Origin: Euryarchaeota archaeon UBA256
GTDB lineage: Archaea > Thermoplasmatota > Poseidoniia > Poseidoniales > Poseidoniaceae
Assembly (NCBI GenBank): GCA_002494645.1
Contig: DACE01000033.1
Location: forward strand, 143,024-207,023
Reading direction: 5' to 3'
DNA length: 64,000 nt
Below the pieces are notes generated by a model that ran no database searches, had not been told where the DNA came from, and worked only from the letters and a program-made list of their open reading frames with translations. The position numbers and the translations under genes were made by a program. Positions 46,962 through 57,200 of the stretch are shown piece after piece (position 1 is the first letter of the stretch; each line of letters starts with the position of its first letter).

Positions 46962-48128
46962 ATGCCATTAGATGAAATCGCGAATGTTGCCGTGGATGTG
47001 GCAGCGGAATCATCCGTATTTGTCGTTGCTGACCTTGTCACAACGGGCGACGATATGCGTATGATTCGCCGAATCGTGACCATCACACTCAGCGTCACCA
47101 TGATTCTCGCAGCAGGATATCTTGTCGCAGTCCTCATGACAGATGGCGCCATCTTGTTGCGACCTAGTGAACAGGCACTTGAACGGCATGCCGATTACAA
47201 CGATTTAGTCAATGTCCCAGGTGGGGAATCTTCGGCTCCGGACATCACCGTATGTATCGTTGATTCAGGTATTTCAATGGACCATAGCGATTTTAATGAA
47301 TTAAGTTTGGCGGGTTGGAAGGATTTCGTGAACAATCGTGCAGAACCCTATGACGACCACGGCCACGGCACATCAATGGCAGGCCTCCTTGTAGCCAACG
47401 GTTGGATGAAGGGAGTCGCCAACGATGTCAACCTCCTCGTAGCAAAGGCCCTTGGAAGTACCGGTTCCGGCGATGACGGCATCGTTGCCGAAGCCATTGA
47501 TTGGTGCGTCAACAACGGAGCCCACATCATCTCCCTTTCCCTCGGCGGTGCACCCGACGTCCTGCCGTTCGATATTGGATCCGGACGAAATTCGGGAGAT
47601 GCATCAAACGATGCCATTGATGCGGGAGTCTATGTTGTGGCTGCAGCCGGAAATGATGGAGGCCCAGATGATGATGGAGATGTAGCCCACCCATCAAGCG
47701 AACAGCAAGTCATCTCTGTTGGAGGAGTAACCCTTTCGGGCACTTCTTGGTCAGGTTCTTCGGAAGGTGACAACAACGGTCGACTCTTACCTCTCCCAAT
47801 CCTCATGCCACGAGGCGACCCAAATCAAAAGCCAGAGATTGTTGCACCTGCTCAAGGTGTTCCTGTCCTCACCAAAGAAGGCGGATGGGGTCTGGCCGAT
47901 GGAACAAGTGCTGCTACGGTCTATGTGACCGGAGCTTTGGCAATTCTATTGCAACAGAACCCTGAATTACGAGCCAATGAAACCGGTTCAAGTGACACGG
48001 TCAACACGGTCAAAACATGGATTATGGAAAGTGCTGTGCCCGAAGAAGGTCAAAGCGGCCATGACGACAGGTATGGTTACGGAATGCTCGACATCGAGGG
48101 ATTACTCGCCCAACCCGGTTCTTCATGA
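46962..48128 (+). CDS. Membrane-anchored subtilisin-like serine protease (S8)
   Basis: N-terminal TM helix. Catalytic triad motifs VDSGISMDH, HGHGTSMAG and GTSAATVYVTGA. The first ATG is 5 nt after the sufS-like stop. Confidence 0.85.
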   Translation: MPLDEIANVAVDVAAESSVFVVADLVTTGDDMRMIRRIVTITLSVTMILAAGYLVAVLMTDGAILLRPSEQALERHADYNDLVNVPGGESSAPDITVCIVDSGISMDHSDFNELSLAGWKDFVNNRAEPYDDHGHGTSMAGLLVANGWMKGVANDVNLLVAKALGSTGSGDDGIVAEAIDWCVNNGAHIISLSLGGAPDVLPFDIGSGRNSGDASNDAIDAGVYVVAAAGNDGGPDDDGDVAHPSSEQQVISVGGVTLSGTSWSGSSEGDNNGRLLPLPILMPRGDPNQKPEIVAPAQGVPVLTKEGGWGLADGTSAATVYVTGALAILLQQNPELRANETGSSDTVNTVKTWIMESAVPEEGQSGHDDRYGYGMLDIEGLLAQPGSS

Positions 48129-48857
48129 AGTTGGTAACCAACCGACAAGCGTTCCTCCAAAAAGGGGCATGAAGGCTACGTGATGGGAATTTTGTGTCTC
48201 GCGAATTAAATTCATCCAAGCATTGAATCCATCAACAAGAGCCATACCTTGCTCATCATCTGGGTCAACCTCACCCGTTGGCATGTCTGGCTCTTTGGTG
48301 AAAAGAACCCCGTTCGCAGAAAGCAACGGCAAATACGTTTTCACGAGGTCTGCTCGGTTGGGAGATGGTCCGTCGATGATGATCGCATCGTATGATGATT
48401 GAAATTTAGTTTCTGAAAGTTCGGTGTTAATCGTTGCGGCGACCGACCATGCTGCGTGTTCAGCAGCCAATTGTATAGGCTCACCCACAACGATATCAGT
48501 CCAATTCAATGCATCATACCGTGTCACAAGCCTGTGGAGAATCACGCCGAATTTTGCACCTTGTTCCACCAGTGTCAGGTTCTGTGGGCGTCGTTCTCGT
48601 TCAAAAGCGTCGAGAAGCCATGCTGTACGATGGCCGATACTTGCACCAACCTCGAGTACAGATTGAGGACCAAGACGCACCAAGGCATCCCGCAGCCTGC
48701 GGTGAATCGAAATTGACCAAGTGGTCAAGCCCATGTGCTGGAGTTGTTGACCGATGTTAGCAGCAATCTCAGGTTCATCCCGAGGTTGTTGCCCGTCTTT
48801 GGCCATTAAATGACTGAGGATATCCGAGCGTTCTACCTCGGCTTCGTCACCTGACAT
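48123..48857 (-). CDS. Class I SAM-dependent methyltransferase (O-methyltransferase family 3-like)
   Basis: Motif I VLEVGASIGHRT, an acidic residue after beta-2 (LVEQ) and IIIDGP post-motif. Confidence 0.7.
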   Translation of the reverse strand: MSGDEAEVERSDILSHLMAKDGQQPRDEPEIAANIGQQLQHMGLTTWSISIHRRLRDALVRLGPQSVLEVGASIGHRTAWLLDAFERERRPQNLTLVEQGAKFGVILHRLVTRYDALNWTDIVVGEPIQLAAEHAAWSVAATINTELSETKFQSSYDAIIIDGPSPNRADLVKTYLPLLSANGVLFTKEPDMPTGEVDPDDEQGMALVDGFNAWMNLIRETQNSHHVAFMPLFGGTLVGWLPTS

Positions 48858-48941
48858 GGGCTTTCGTCAGCGCCCAGTATCTTGAAGGCTCGTACCGTGT
48901 TCACAACGGAGGGTTCAAACGATGGTGGCCATGCCTTGCCA

Positions 48942-49730
48942 ATGAGGGCATCTCAGATGGATGAAGAAGAAGTGTGGGAAGAGGACGAAGAAGTCCTCGA
49001 CAATGCCACCCATTGCCCCTCATGCGATGAGATGCAGGGTCATCAAATCCTGCGAGAGAAGGCTGTTGGAACAGGTGCTGATTTCAAAGTGCAATGTGAA
49101 ACATGTCATCACGTTCACACCGTTGAGTTTCGACCACCAGCCCCAGTTAAGATTCCATTTATTTTAACCGATGGACCCCATTCCGAACGTGTTGTTCTTG
49201 TCATTGATGCGGATGAGGAATTTAACCTGAATGATGTCTTCGAGGAAAATGAAAAACTGTGGCGAGTTCACCAACTCGAGGACACTGATGGAAAGCATCA
49301 CGAATCGGGGCTTGCCTCAAAGATCGTTCGCATCACCGCAGTACGCACTGATATGGTACGAGTAAAATTGACATTGACCCGTGGAGAGGATTCTCAAGCG
49401 GATGTCATCATGGTCTCTCAAGACACCACATTTACAGCATCAAATCTCATTGACCACAAAGGAGAGACATGGAGGATACGAGCAATACATACCGGGGCAG
49501 GACGAACACTCCGTGGAACCGTTCAAGCACCAGATATCAAGCGTATGTACCTTCATGAACCTCCCAATGAAGAGCACTTTGCTCCCAGAACTCCACGTGA
49601 GCGTCGGCAAGCGTGGAAAGAAGGCAAACTTGGATTCAACCCAAACCCCATTCGCCCGAAGGAACATGTGAAGAAGGGAGTTAATCCCAATACTTCCTCA
49701 AAGCGCAAGAAAAAGAAGCCAAGGCGCTGA
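48942..49730 (+). CDS. Zinc-ribbon protein with beta-rich body and poly-basic C-terminal tail; function unknown
   Basis: CPSCDE...CETCHH zinc ribbon after an acidic N-terminus. C-terminal KKGVNPNTSSKRKKKKPRR. The start is either TTG at 48882 or ATG at 48942. Confidence 0.55.
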   Translation: MRASQMDEEEVWEEDEEVLDNATHCPSCDEMQGHQILREKAVGTGADFKVQCETCHHVHTVEFRPPAPVKIPFILTDGPHSERVVLVIDADEEFNLNDVFEENEKLWRVHQLEDTDGKHHESGLASKIVRITAVRTDMVRVKLTLTRGEDSQADVIMVSQDTTFTASNLIDHKGETWRIRAIHTGAGRTLRGTVQAPDIKRMYLHEPPNEEHFAPRTPRERRQAWKEGKLGFNPNPIRPKEHVKKGVNPNTSSKRKKKKPRR

Positions 49731-50708
49731 TCATGGTCTGTTGGTCCATGGCATCATGAATGCCTTAGCAACCTGTGTACCAATCGTTGGGTTTTCTTTG
49801 AGTCGGCGAATACTGTATTCATACCACTTTTCACCATAAGGAATGTAAACACGGGTTCGATGCCCCTGTTTCAATAACTTTCTGCGCAATGGACCCCGTA
49901 CACCAAGCAGCATTTGGAATTCATACCCAGGACCTTTGTTCAATCTTGGCGGACCTGAATGAGGACGAGTATCTTCTTTCCCCGGTCCGAGTTGATGCGA
50001 TTCCAAGGCCTCAAGCGCATGGTCAATCACGGGATAATCGTGGCTCGCAATAGCAACATATGCTCCTGCGCTAAGCATTTTGTCAATGCAAGCATTTGTT
50101 GCATCAACGATGTCTTGATATTCCGTGAATGCAATGTCATCAGGTTCGAGGTAAATCCCTTTACAGATTCTGTAGTCTGCGTGAGGGCCAAGTTCTGTTT
50201 CGAGGCTGTCGATATCTGATAAACTTCGGAACAGACGACCCTGCAAGACCGTACCAACATTCGTTAATCCTTCTTTGTGAAGGTCAACGACGGCTTTGAT
50301 GGTGGCTGAGGTGACCCGATGATCTTCCATGTCAAGCCGAACGAACATTTCGTGCTTGGCCGCCATTTTGACAATTTCACGCATGTTCTCCATTCCTGCC
50401 TCCTCATCGATAAGCAGGCCAAATGCCGTGGGTTTTATACTCAAATTTGCATCCAAACCATGTTGTTGTATCGCATCAATTGCACGGACATATTCATCAA
50501 AAAAATACTGGGCTTCATCCATGGTCGAAATTTCCTCGCCGAGTACATCGATAGTAAAGCAGGCCCCTTCTGACGACAGGCGTTTCATGATGGTAACCGC
50601 GTCATCAAGTGTTGCCCCTGCGACATATCGACGGCTGACCCAGCGTACGAACCATCTTGGCATGCGCAGCGTCATAGCGACAACGGTCCGTGAGAACCAC
50701 CCAACCAT
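49731..50708 (-). CDS. Proline dehydrogenase
   Basis: PRODH TIM-barrel motifs (VRLDMEDH, ICKGIYLEP, IASHD, FQMLLGV, VYIPYGEKWYEYSIRRLKENP). Confidence 0.8.
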   Translation of the reverse strand: MVGWFSRTVVAMTLRMPRWFVRWVSRRYVAGATLDDAVTIMKRLSSEGACFTIDVLGEEISTMDEAQYFFDEYVRAIDAIQQHGLDANLSIKPTAFGLLIDEEAGMENMREIVKMAAKHEMFVRLDMEDHRVTSATIKAVVDLHKEGLTNVGTVLQGRLFRSLSDIDSLETELGPHADYRICKGIYLEPDDIAFTEYQDIVDATNACIDKMLSAGAYVAIASHDYPVIDHALEALESHQLGPGKEDTRPHSGPPRLNKGPGYEFQMLLGVRGPLRRKLLKQGHRTRVYIPYGEKWYEYSIRRLKENPTIGTQVAKAFMMPWTNRP

Positions 50709-50747
50709 GAAGCATCCACGAAAGCGGCACTCTTTGACCCTTTGTGC

Positions 50748-51710
50748 TTATTCATCTGTGCCTTGAAGGCGAGCCTTGATTTGGCGCGTGGTCAGCAATG
50801 GAATGTTCATTGTTTCGAGATGCTGCCGGATGGCTTGTCGCTGCCATCCTTTGAAGGCCTTCTTGTCCATTGAAACAATGAGTTCACCACCTGGAAATGC
50901 CTTGTGCGTTGAATCGATTGCATCGTTTATGGCCTGCTTCCAAGTACCTGTTGGCTCTTCACCTTCAACGAGTGTGAACGGCAAGGCATAGGATGCCAAC
51001 ATGTGACCCAACCATATATTTTCAAGCGCAGCAAGGTTGTTTGCCCGAGGTGCATAATGACCGCCACCTAATGTCACAAGGACGAGTTGTTCTTCCTTAT
51101 TGCTGACTTCAGACCAGGTTTTAGAATCCGGACTCAACAATCCATCACGAATTATTCCAGCCAAAAGGTCAGCTGCCCCTTCGTGCCCCCAGGTAGCATC
51201 GGTTGAACCCACCTCAATGAAGAGAGCGGGCGCCTCTAAAAATGGACCGTGATGGGTTACTTCCAGTGAAAGGTCAAAATGTTCGAGTTCAGGAATCTTT
51301 GGAGCCCGCTCAAGTAATAATTTCCACCACGGAGCGAGACGTGGGTTTGGCGGCGGCGTTTGACCTCCATAGCCACCATAGGGGCCGTGCTCTCCCAAAG
51401 GGAGATGAGGCACCCCAATGGGATGGAGAGTGAGTGATGCCCGTCCGCTGATGGCTGCGTGACGGGAGGGGAAAATGACCTCCCCAACCCGCTCTCCGGT
51501 CGCGTCATACCATCGCCGATCAAGGTGGTCTTCGAACAGAAGTCCGTCAGGGAGGTACCACATACGAAGATGGAGGTGGGAAAAGCATGGATGGCCTTCA
51601 ACCTCCTGATGTGATTCCCATTGCAGAAGTTTTTGCAAGGATTCTCCTTGGTTGAAACTGGCAATATCTGCTTGATTGACCACGATGAGAATCACATCGC
51701 TGGCCACCAT
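50748..51710 (-). CDS. dtdA: D-aminoacyl-tRNA deacylase, archaeal DTD2 type
   Basis: FPSRHAAISGRASLTLHPIG and EVTHHGP motifs of the DTD2 family. The start is set at the internal ATG (MVASDVILIVV). Confidence 0.75.
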   Translation of the reverse strand: MVASDVILIVVNQADIASFNQGESLQKLLQWESHQEVEGHPCFSHLHLRMWYLPDGLLFEDHLDRRWYDATGERVGEVIFPSRHAAISGRASLTLHPIGVPHLPLGEHGPYGGYGGQTPPPNPRLAPWWKLLLERAPKIPELEHFDLSLEVTHHGPFLEAPALFIEVGSTDATWGHEGAADLLAGIIRDGLLSPDSKTWSEVSNKEEQLVLVTLGGGHYAPRANNLAALENIWLGHMLASYALPFTLVEGEEPTGTWKQAINDAIDSTHKAFPGGELIVSMDKKAFKGWQRQAIRQHLETMNIPLLTTRQIKARLQGTDE

Positions 51711-51783
51711 GATGAGCGGATTAGGTCGTAGTTTTTCATCCCATCCGAACGAGGTTTGACATAGAGGACCTCCTGCATCAACC

Positions 51784-52740
51784 ATGGACGAAGGTCTACC
51801 GGCGACCATTCCCTTCCTCCCACGATCCTTCCACAGCCATGAGAAAGGCCACCTCGTTATCGGGATGGATGGGGAATTTCTTCGGATGGACCAAAATTAT
51901 GGTATTCTAGAGGAATATGCCACGCCATTTCCGATGAGAGTGAGCCATGCCGTTCATGTTGGAGATCATCTCTTTGCCACATGGATTGATGGCGAACTCA
52001 TGCTTGCAAGAATGGGTTCATTGAGCCTCAGCGACAGTCCTAAAGAAGGCCCGAAGCGAGCAGAATTACGAACTTCAAATCAAAATGCCGGAAAATATCA
52101 CCCCAAAGGAAACCGTTGGTCGCATGTTCTCAACGCTGAACCGTTAGCTATGGCGGTGGATGAATCTGCATTGGTATTCAATCTGTGGAAACGTGGCCTC
52201 TATGCCCTTGACCACGACGCAAAGGAACTTTGGAGACAACAAGACCCAAAGTGGAGTTATGCAAAACGACGGCCGCGAAATGAAGAGATTCTCGCCATTC
52301 ACCTCCATGATGAGGAATTCACCATCACTTCGCGTGGTGGAAGAGCACAACGTCGTTCCATGTCGACAGGGGATTTAATTGAAGAGTTCATTCTCAACGG
52401 TCCTGAAGCACCCCTTGAACATCACTTTAGGCATCAAAACCATCACCTCATCTGCTCGACGCAAGGTGAACTTTGTTGGCTAGAGAATAATTCCGTTATT
52501 CAACGTGTCCAATTGAAAGGACCCGTCCAGAGTGCTGTTTGGGACCCCCATATACCAGGGTGGAGACTTTCTGGCTGGCGTGAGGAGGTACTCATTTCAA
52601 GACGCAAGACAGAACAGCACACATGGGAAGAAATCCCTGTCCATATCCAGCCAGTCAAAGGTGGGGCTATGATTCTGTTTAACAACGGTACTTGGTCAAA
52701 CAGTCACTTCGAGAGCCTTGTGGCTCAGGAAGAAGAGTGA
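51784..52740 (+). CDS. Hypothetical protein (possibly beta-propeller-like)
   Basis: Long ORF with repeated beta-strand-rich W/G-containing segments. No motif recognised. Confidence 0.5.
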   Translation: MDEGLPATIPFLPRSFHSHEKGHLVIGMDGEFLRMDQNYGILEEYATPFPMRVSHAVHVGDHLFATWIDGELMLARMGSLSLSDSPKEGPKRAELRTSNQNAGKYHPKGNRWSHVLNAEPLAMAVDESALVFNLWKRGLYALDHDAKELWRQQDPKWSYAKRRPRNEEILAIHLHDEEFTITSRGGRAQRRSMSTGDLIEEFILNGPEAPLEHHFRHQNHHLICSTQGELCWLENNSVIQRVQLKGPVQSAVWDPHIPGWRLSGWREEVLISRRKTEQHTWEEIPVHIQPVKGGAMILFNNGTWSNSHFESLVAQEEE

Positions 52741-52911
52741 TCATTCATTCATGTTGGTAAAACCGCATCGTCCACAGGACTTGCGATTGTTATGGTGTGC
52801 AAGGAAAACACCGGGTCCACACTCTGGGCAGGAGTCTGCTCGAACGAGTTTGCCGTCTTCAACCTTGTACTTTGACCACTTGGCCTTTGCATTCGGTCCG
52901 TCACCCATCAT
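52741..52911 (-). CDS. rps27ae: 30S ribosomal protein S27ae (eS31)
   Basis: Not in the ORF track (56 aa). My translation is [56 protein letters not shown]. It has a CxxC...CxxC zinc ribbon, and its ATG overlaps the rps24e stop (ATGA). Confidence 0.9.
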   Translation of the reverse strand: MMGDGPNAKAKWSKYKVEDGKLVRADSCPECGPGVFLAHHNNRKSCGRCGFTNMNE

Positions 52912-53249
52912 TCATCGCCTCCTTCTTGGGGAGCCTCAGAGGCTGAGTCTTCTTTTGGTGCTGGAGAGCCTGAACGGAATGATTCATGTCGCTTGTGAAT
53001 GTAACTTGGTTCCACTGACATGGATTCTGCCGAGCCATAAATGAAGGCGGTTCCAGTTGTCAAGGGTTGGCCGTAACGTGTCACGCAATTTTTGACGACG
53101 ATCCAGTCGGGATTTGAGCCTGGTTCAAGGGTGCGCACAATGTCCATGACCTCTTTACGAGATGGTGTTGTTTTTCCTGCATGACGCCAGCTGAATGTAA
53201 TCTCAACTCGATTCAAAAGTTTGTTTTCTTTTCGCTCATTAATGTCCAT
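52908..53249 (-). CDS. rps24e: 30S ribosomal protein S24e
   Basis: [11 protein letters not shown]...TPSRKEV...FIYGSAESM is the typical S24e pattern, here with an acidic C-terminal tail. Confidence 0.9.
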   Translation of the reverse strand: MDINERKENKLLNRVEITFSWRHAGKTTPSRKEVMDIVRTLEPGSNPDWIVVKNCVTRYGQPLTTGTAFIYGSAESMSVEPSYIHKRHESFRSGSPAPKEDSASEAPQEGGDE

Positions 53250-53252
53250 ATA

Positions 53253-53260
53253 ATCACCTC
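53253..53260 (-). promoter_or_regulatory. Shine-Dalgarno (GAGGTGAT) for rps24e
   Basis: Perfect anti-16S match ending 3 nt upstream of the ATG (53249) and overlapping the spt4 stop codon. Confidence 0.5.
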
Positions 53261-53468
53261 AACGAATGTTTACTTTGAGAGCGTAGCGCCCTGGTTGTTC
53301 CACCTTGAGACGCTTGGCGATTTCCGAGCGCTCAGGTTGCATGATAATGACGTAGCCAGTCCAGTCCGATGAGACTTGGGCTGAGGGGTGCCGTGGGCAT
53401 TGGTCGATTGTGTCGGCGAGTACGAGGTGACATTCACCGCAAGCGAAGGGCATTTTCACCATGTTCAT
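53259..53468 (-). CDS. spt4: Transcription elongation factor Spt4 (RNA polymerase subunit E'')
   Basis: A 69-aa protein with a CGEC...CPRH zinc ribbon followed by WTGYVIIMQPE.SEIAK. It has a 4-nt ATGA overlap with rpo7. Confidence 0.85.
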   Translation of the reverse strand: MNMVKMPFACGECHLVLADTIDQCPRHPSAQVSSDWTGYVIIMQPERSEIAKRLKVEQPGRYALKVNIR

Positions 53469-54016
53469 TCACTTCCTTGCTTTTTCCAGCCAGGTGAGCC
53501 AAGACCATCTTGCTTGCTGGTCAAACCAATCTTAGAACGGCGAGGGTCAGAGGTATCGGGTGAAAGCGAAACGATGCGAGCCCGAACGAATGACCCGACG
53601 CCGAGTTCTTTCCCGCTTTGACGACCGGTGATTTTGTTTGCTCCAATGTTGATGTCAACGGGTTCATCCATAATTTGGGATTTGTGAAGCAAGGCTTCCA
53701 TTGGACCAATTCGAACAAAGGCTCCGAACTCATTGACTTCTGAGACAGCTCCCTCAACGACTTCTTGGTCGTCCATGCAAAAGAGCACAGCGTCAAATTG
53801 AACACGCTGGTATATTGCACCGTCACCGTGAATGATTCTGCCACGGCCAATCGTTTTGTGATTGTTGGTTACCAAAACAAAACGATTCTCTTCATCGAAT
53901 TTACCTTCAAATGCGTCCATGGAAAGGCGGTCAATATGCTGGTCAAGCGACTGACCTTTCCGCATGTATTCTGCAGGGATACGAATCGTATCTTCCTTGG
54001 TAACAACCTTGTACAT
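53465..54016 (-). CDS. rpoE: DNA-directed RNA polymerase subunit E' (Rpo7)
   Basis: N-terminal Rpb7 fold (MYKVVTKEDTIRIP) and a C-terminal S1 domain (VEGAVSEVNEFGAFVRIGPMEALLHKSQI). Confidence 0.9.
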   Translation of the reverse strand: MYKVVTKEDTIRIPAEYMRKGQSLDQHIDRLSMDAFEGKFDEENRFVLVTNNHKTIGRGRIIHGDGAIYQRVQFDAVLFCMDDQEVVEGAVSEVNEFGAFVRIGPMEALLHKSQIMDEPVDINIGANKITGRQSGKELGVGSFVRARIVSLSPDTSDPRRSKIGLTSKQDGLGSPGWKKQGSE

Positions 54017-54020
54017 TTTT

Positions 54021-54028
54021 TCACCTCT
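54021..54028 (-). promoter_or_regulatory. Shine-Dalgarno (AGAGGTGA) for rpo7
   Basis: Anti-16S match 4 nt upstream of the ATG at 54016. Confidence 0.45.
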
Positions 54029-54279
54029 AGTTCACTCCAAAGGCAAGGTGAAAAACGGGAGTCAAAGCGACTGTTCCGTCCATCACCGGATTCACCTCAG
54101 GAGAGAAAGCGACCGAAGTCATGTGAGTCCACCGACGACCCCTATTTAATTGAAGCGGAAAAATCAATCCTGTCCGATGCACCAAAAGCCGCTTCGGTAC
54201 AAGATGAAGCACCAAAGAAAAGGGGTTTTAGAAGTGAAGAACGCCATAAGCCATAACAACCCTCCGGAGACGGTCATGA

Positions 54280-57200
54280 ATGATGCCACAGCAACGCGGT
54301 TCATCTCAGCGCGCCAATGGTGCTGCGCTACTGATGGTTTGCTTGATGCTCACGCTTCCCATTACGCCGCTTTTTTCTTCCCAGCCCGAGGTACTTGCTG
54401 ATGAACCACATATCCACATGACGGGTCAAACCTACGATGCCTATGACCAACCTTGGCCGCAGTATGGACGAACGCCAACGCATAACTTTTCGATGCCGAA
54501 TCATGATCCCAACGGCGGACCGGGTGAAGGAAATGTAAGCGATGTCACTTCGCTTGCATCGCTCGTAAATCCAGTAGTCAACTGGCAGGTGTTTAATTCA
54601 GGAGATGGAAGTGATGCCTATGGTTCGGTCATCGGAGATTTCTCTCAAAGCATCAGTGCATCTCAGGCGGCAGTTGAACGATGTGGCCAGGGAACCTTGT
54701 TCCCAGTCATGATTTCGAGCACGATCACCGATGGTTCAAGAGAGAGTTTCTTGAACATCATCTCAGGGAACGATGCCAAGATAGCATGGCGTGTCAGCCT
54801 TGGAGTAACAGAAGCGATTCGCTCGACACCAATCATCCACGATATTGACGCCGATGGTTTCCAAGAAATTATCGTGGTCTACGACACCCAAGGTGCCCTT
54901 AACATTGATGTTTGGTCACCACGCCTCACCTGTACTGAGTCAAATTGGGCTACTTCTGGGCACAGCAATGAGTTGCTTTGGTCCTATACCGACGCCGAGG
55001 TACGTATCGGCTCTCCTTCACCTCATTTCGCCACCGCTAACTCGGACCACAAAGCCGTCACACAACCTCTACTTGCTGACTTGGAACTTGACGGTTCACC
55101 TGAACTTGTCCTTGCTGTTGTTGATGACCCCAGCGACAACCCCACACCAATGGTTCACGCATATGCCTTGCAGAATCTCCAACCTTCAGGCGCTGAATGG
55201 AGTGTTAACCTCGACCGTGGGACTCACCCAAGCGACCCTGTTTGGGCGCAACTGGACGGATCGACGACCAGTGTTCTGCTCACCACGATCGATGGAAATA
55301 CCGGCAACATGTGGATTTGGAAAATCGATGGTGATTCAGGTTCATTGGACTGGGAGCGAGTCGCAGTTCAAGGCACGGATTCGGATTCGGATTCTCCCCG
55401 ACTTCGCTTACCCGGACCTGTCATCACACAACTCGATGGAGATGATGCTCCTGAGATGATTCTCACCGTACCCACCGACCCCAACGGACGAACTTCAGGT
55501 AATGGTGCACGCTTTATTGGCATGGAAATCACCTCAACAACAGAAGTCTTCAATTTCCGTGCACAAAATGGATATGCTGATGCGCAGCCACTTCCTTTGG
55601 ACACTGATGATGATGGTATTTCAGACAGATTGTGTTGGGTGACATGGTATTCTGAATCAACGGTGAGTTTCAATCGCAAAGGCATGTTGGGATGCACCGA
55701 CATCAGTGATGAAAACCCAGTTACAGAATGGACCAGAGACCTCCAGCGAGGCAGCGGAAATGATAACGATGAAATCGCAGTTTCGCCACCGATTTGGATG
55801 GACATTGACGATGAAGGAACACCCGAAATCATTGTTGCTTTCGGTCGCCGTGTTTGGGCATTTGATGGTGATACAGGGGCGTCGGCTGATATCAACAATG
55901 AATGGTCCACCCCGCTCAACATGCCTCACCGAACATGGTCTGCACCAGCCCTCGCTGATGTCGATGGTGATGGAAATATTGACTTGCTCGTCGGTGACAC
56001 GCTCGTCTCAAATCGCGGACCAGACTTCGCACCATCCAGTGATAATCGAGGCCTTTCGTTCAATCCAGCTCAAGCCGACCCTGGTGCTCTTGTCACGGTC
56101 ACGGCACAGTTTTCCAACGTTGGAACAGGAGAAGCGGATGATGATCTTGATGCAGCGATCATCATGAACGGCGTGGAGTTGACGCGAGAGCGATTTACAG
56201 AGAGCGAGCCGGTTGCTCCTTCCGCCGAGGGCGGCCCTCAGACCTTTACAGCAGAATTCACAGCTGAACTTGGGCTGCATGTGTTTGAATTGGTTCTCGA
56301 CATCAACCAAAACATCACTGAACAACGAGAAGATAACAATCGGGCCGCCGCATCCTATCTTGTCGTTGAACCTCACGTCGCTGAATTAGCTGGACCAATT
56401 GAGACCACACGCATCAATCCAGGCACGACTCAGACACTGTCCGTTCAACTTACTGCCACAGGGTCTCAGATTGCTGAATGGACGCTCACCTATGATGATT
56501 CGAACCTACCAGCAGATTGGACATTCCAGCCCAGTTCCGGTACCGTGTTGAGCACCGAACTGACGCCGCAGGTCAGTCAGACCGTTGAATTTGACACCTC
56601 TGTTCCCATTGACGCTCTGGGTGATGAATCAGGTGTTGTTTCCTTCCTCTTGTCACTCAATACTGATGCTTCCATAAACACAACGCTGCAGGTACCAATC
56701 GAGGTCTTCAGAACACGAGGATTGGATATGGTAGGGGCATCCGGCCTCAATGCCTCGATGGGTCAGGGCCGGCCGGGTACTGTTGCGAAATCATGGTTTA
56801 TGGTGGAAAATCTCGGCAATGCTGTAGAAACGACAACCTCAATCACATGGACTGCTCCTACATGGGGAGGCTCGCCGTCACTTCACGATGCGAACGGAAA
56901 TGAATTATTTAGCATCAATCTTCAACCTGGTGAAGAAAAAGAACTCTTCGCATATCTCGATACTCCGGTTGGCACAACCGTTGGGACATCGACAGAAACC
57001 ACCCTCACAATGTGTATGGGAAGCGGCGAAGAAGCTCTTTGCGAATCGCTGAGCATTCACTTCATGGCTGTAGAAATTGCGGCTCATCCGAGCCACCACA
57101 GAACACTTCCAAATCATACCATAGCATGGCAACTTGATGGAGAATTACCGAACTCTGGTAAAGTGCAGTGGAATATGGCAGCGGCTGGGATGAGTCAACC

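Noticed and set aside
53765-54401. ORFs 53765-54256 (+), 54027-54215 (-) and 54150-54401 (+) around the 263-nt rpo7/giant-gene spacer
   Set aside because: The first is antisense to rpo7. The others overlap the start of the giant gene out of frame or sit in the spacer with no SD or recognisable fold. The spacer is more likely regulatory.
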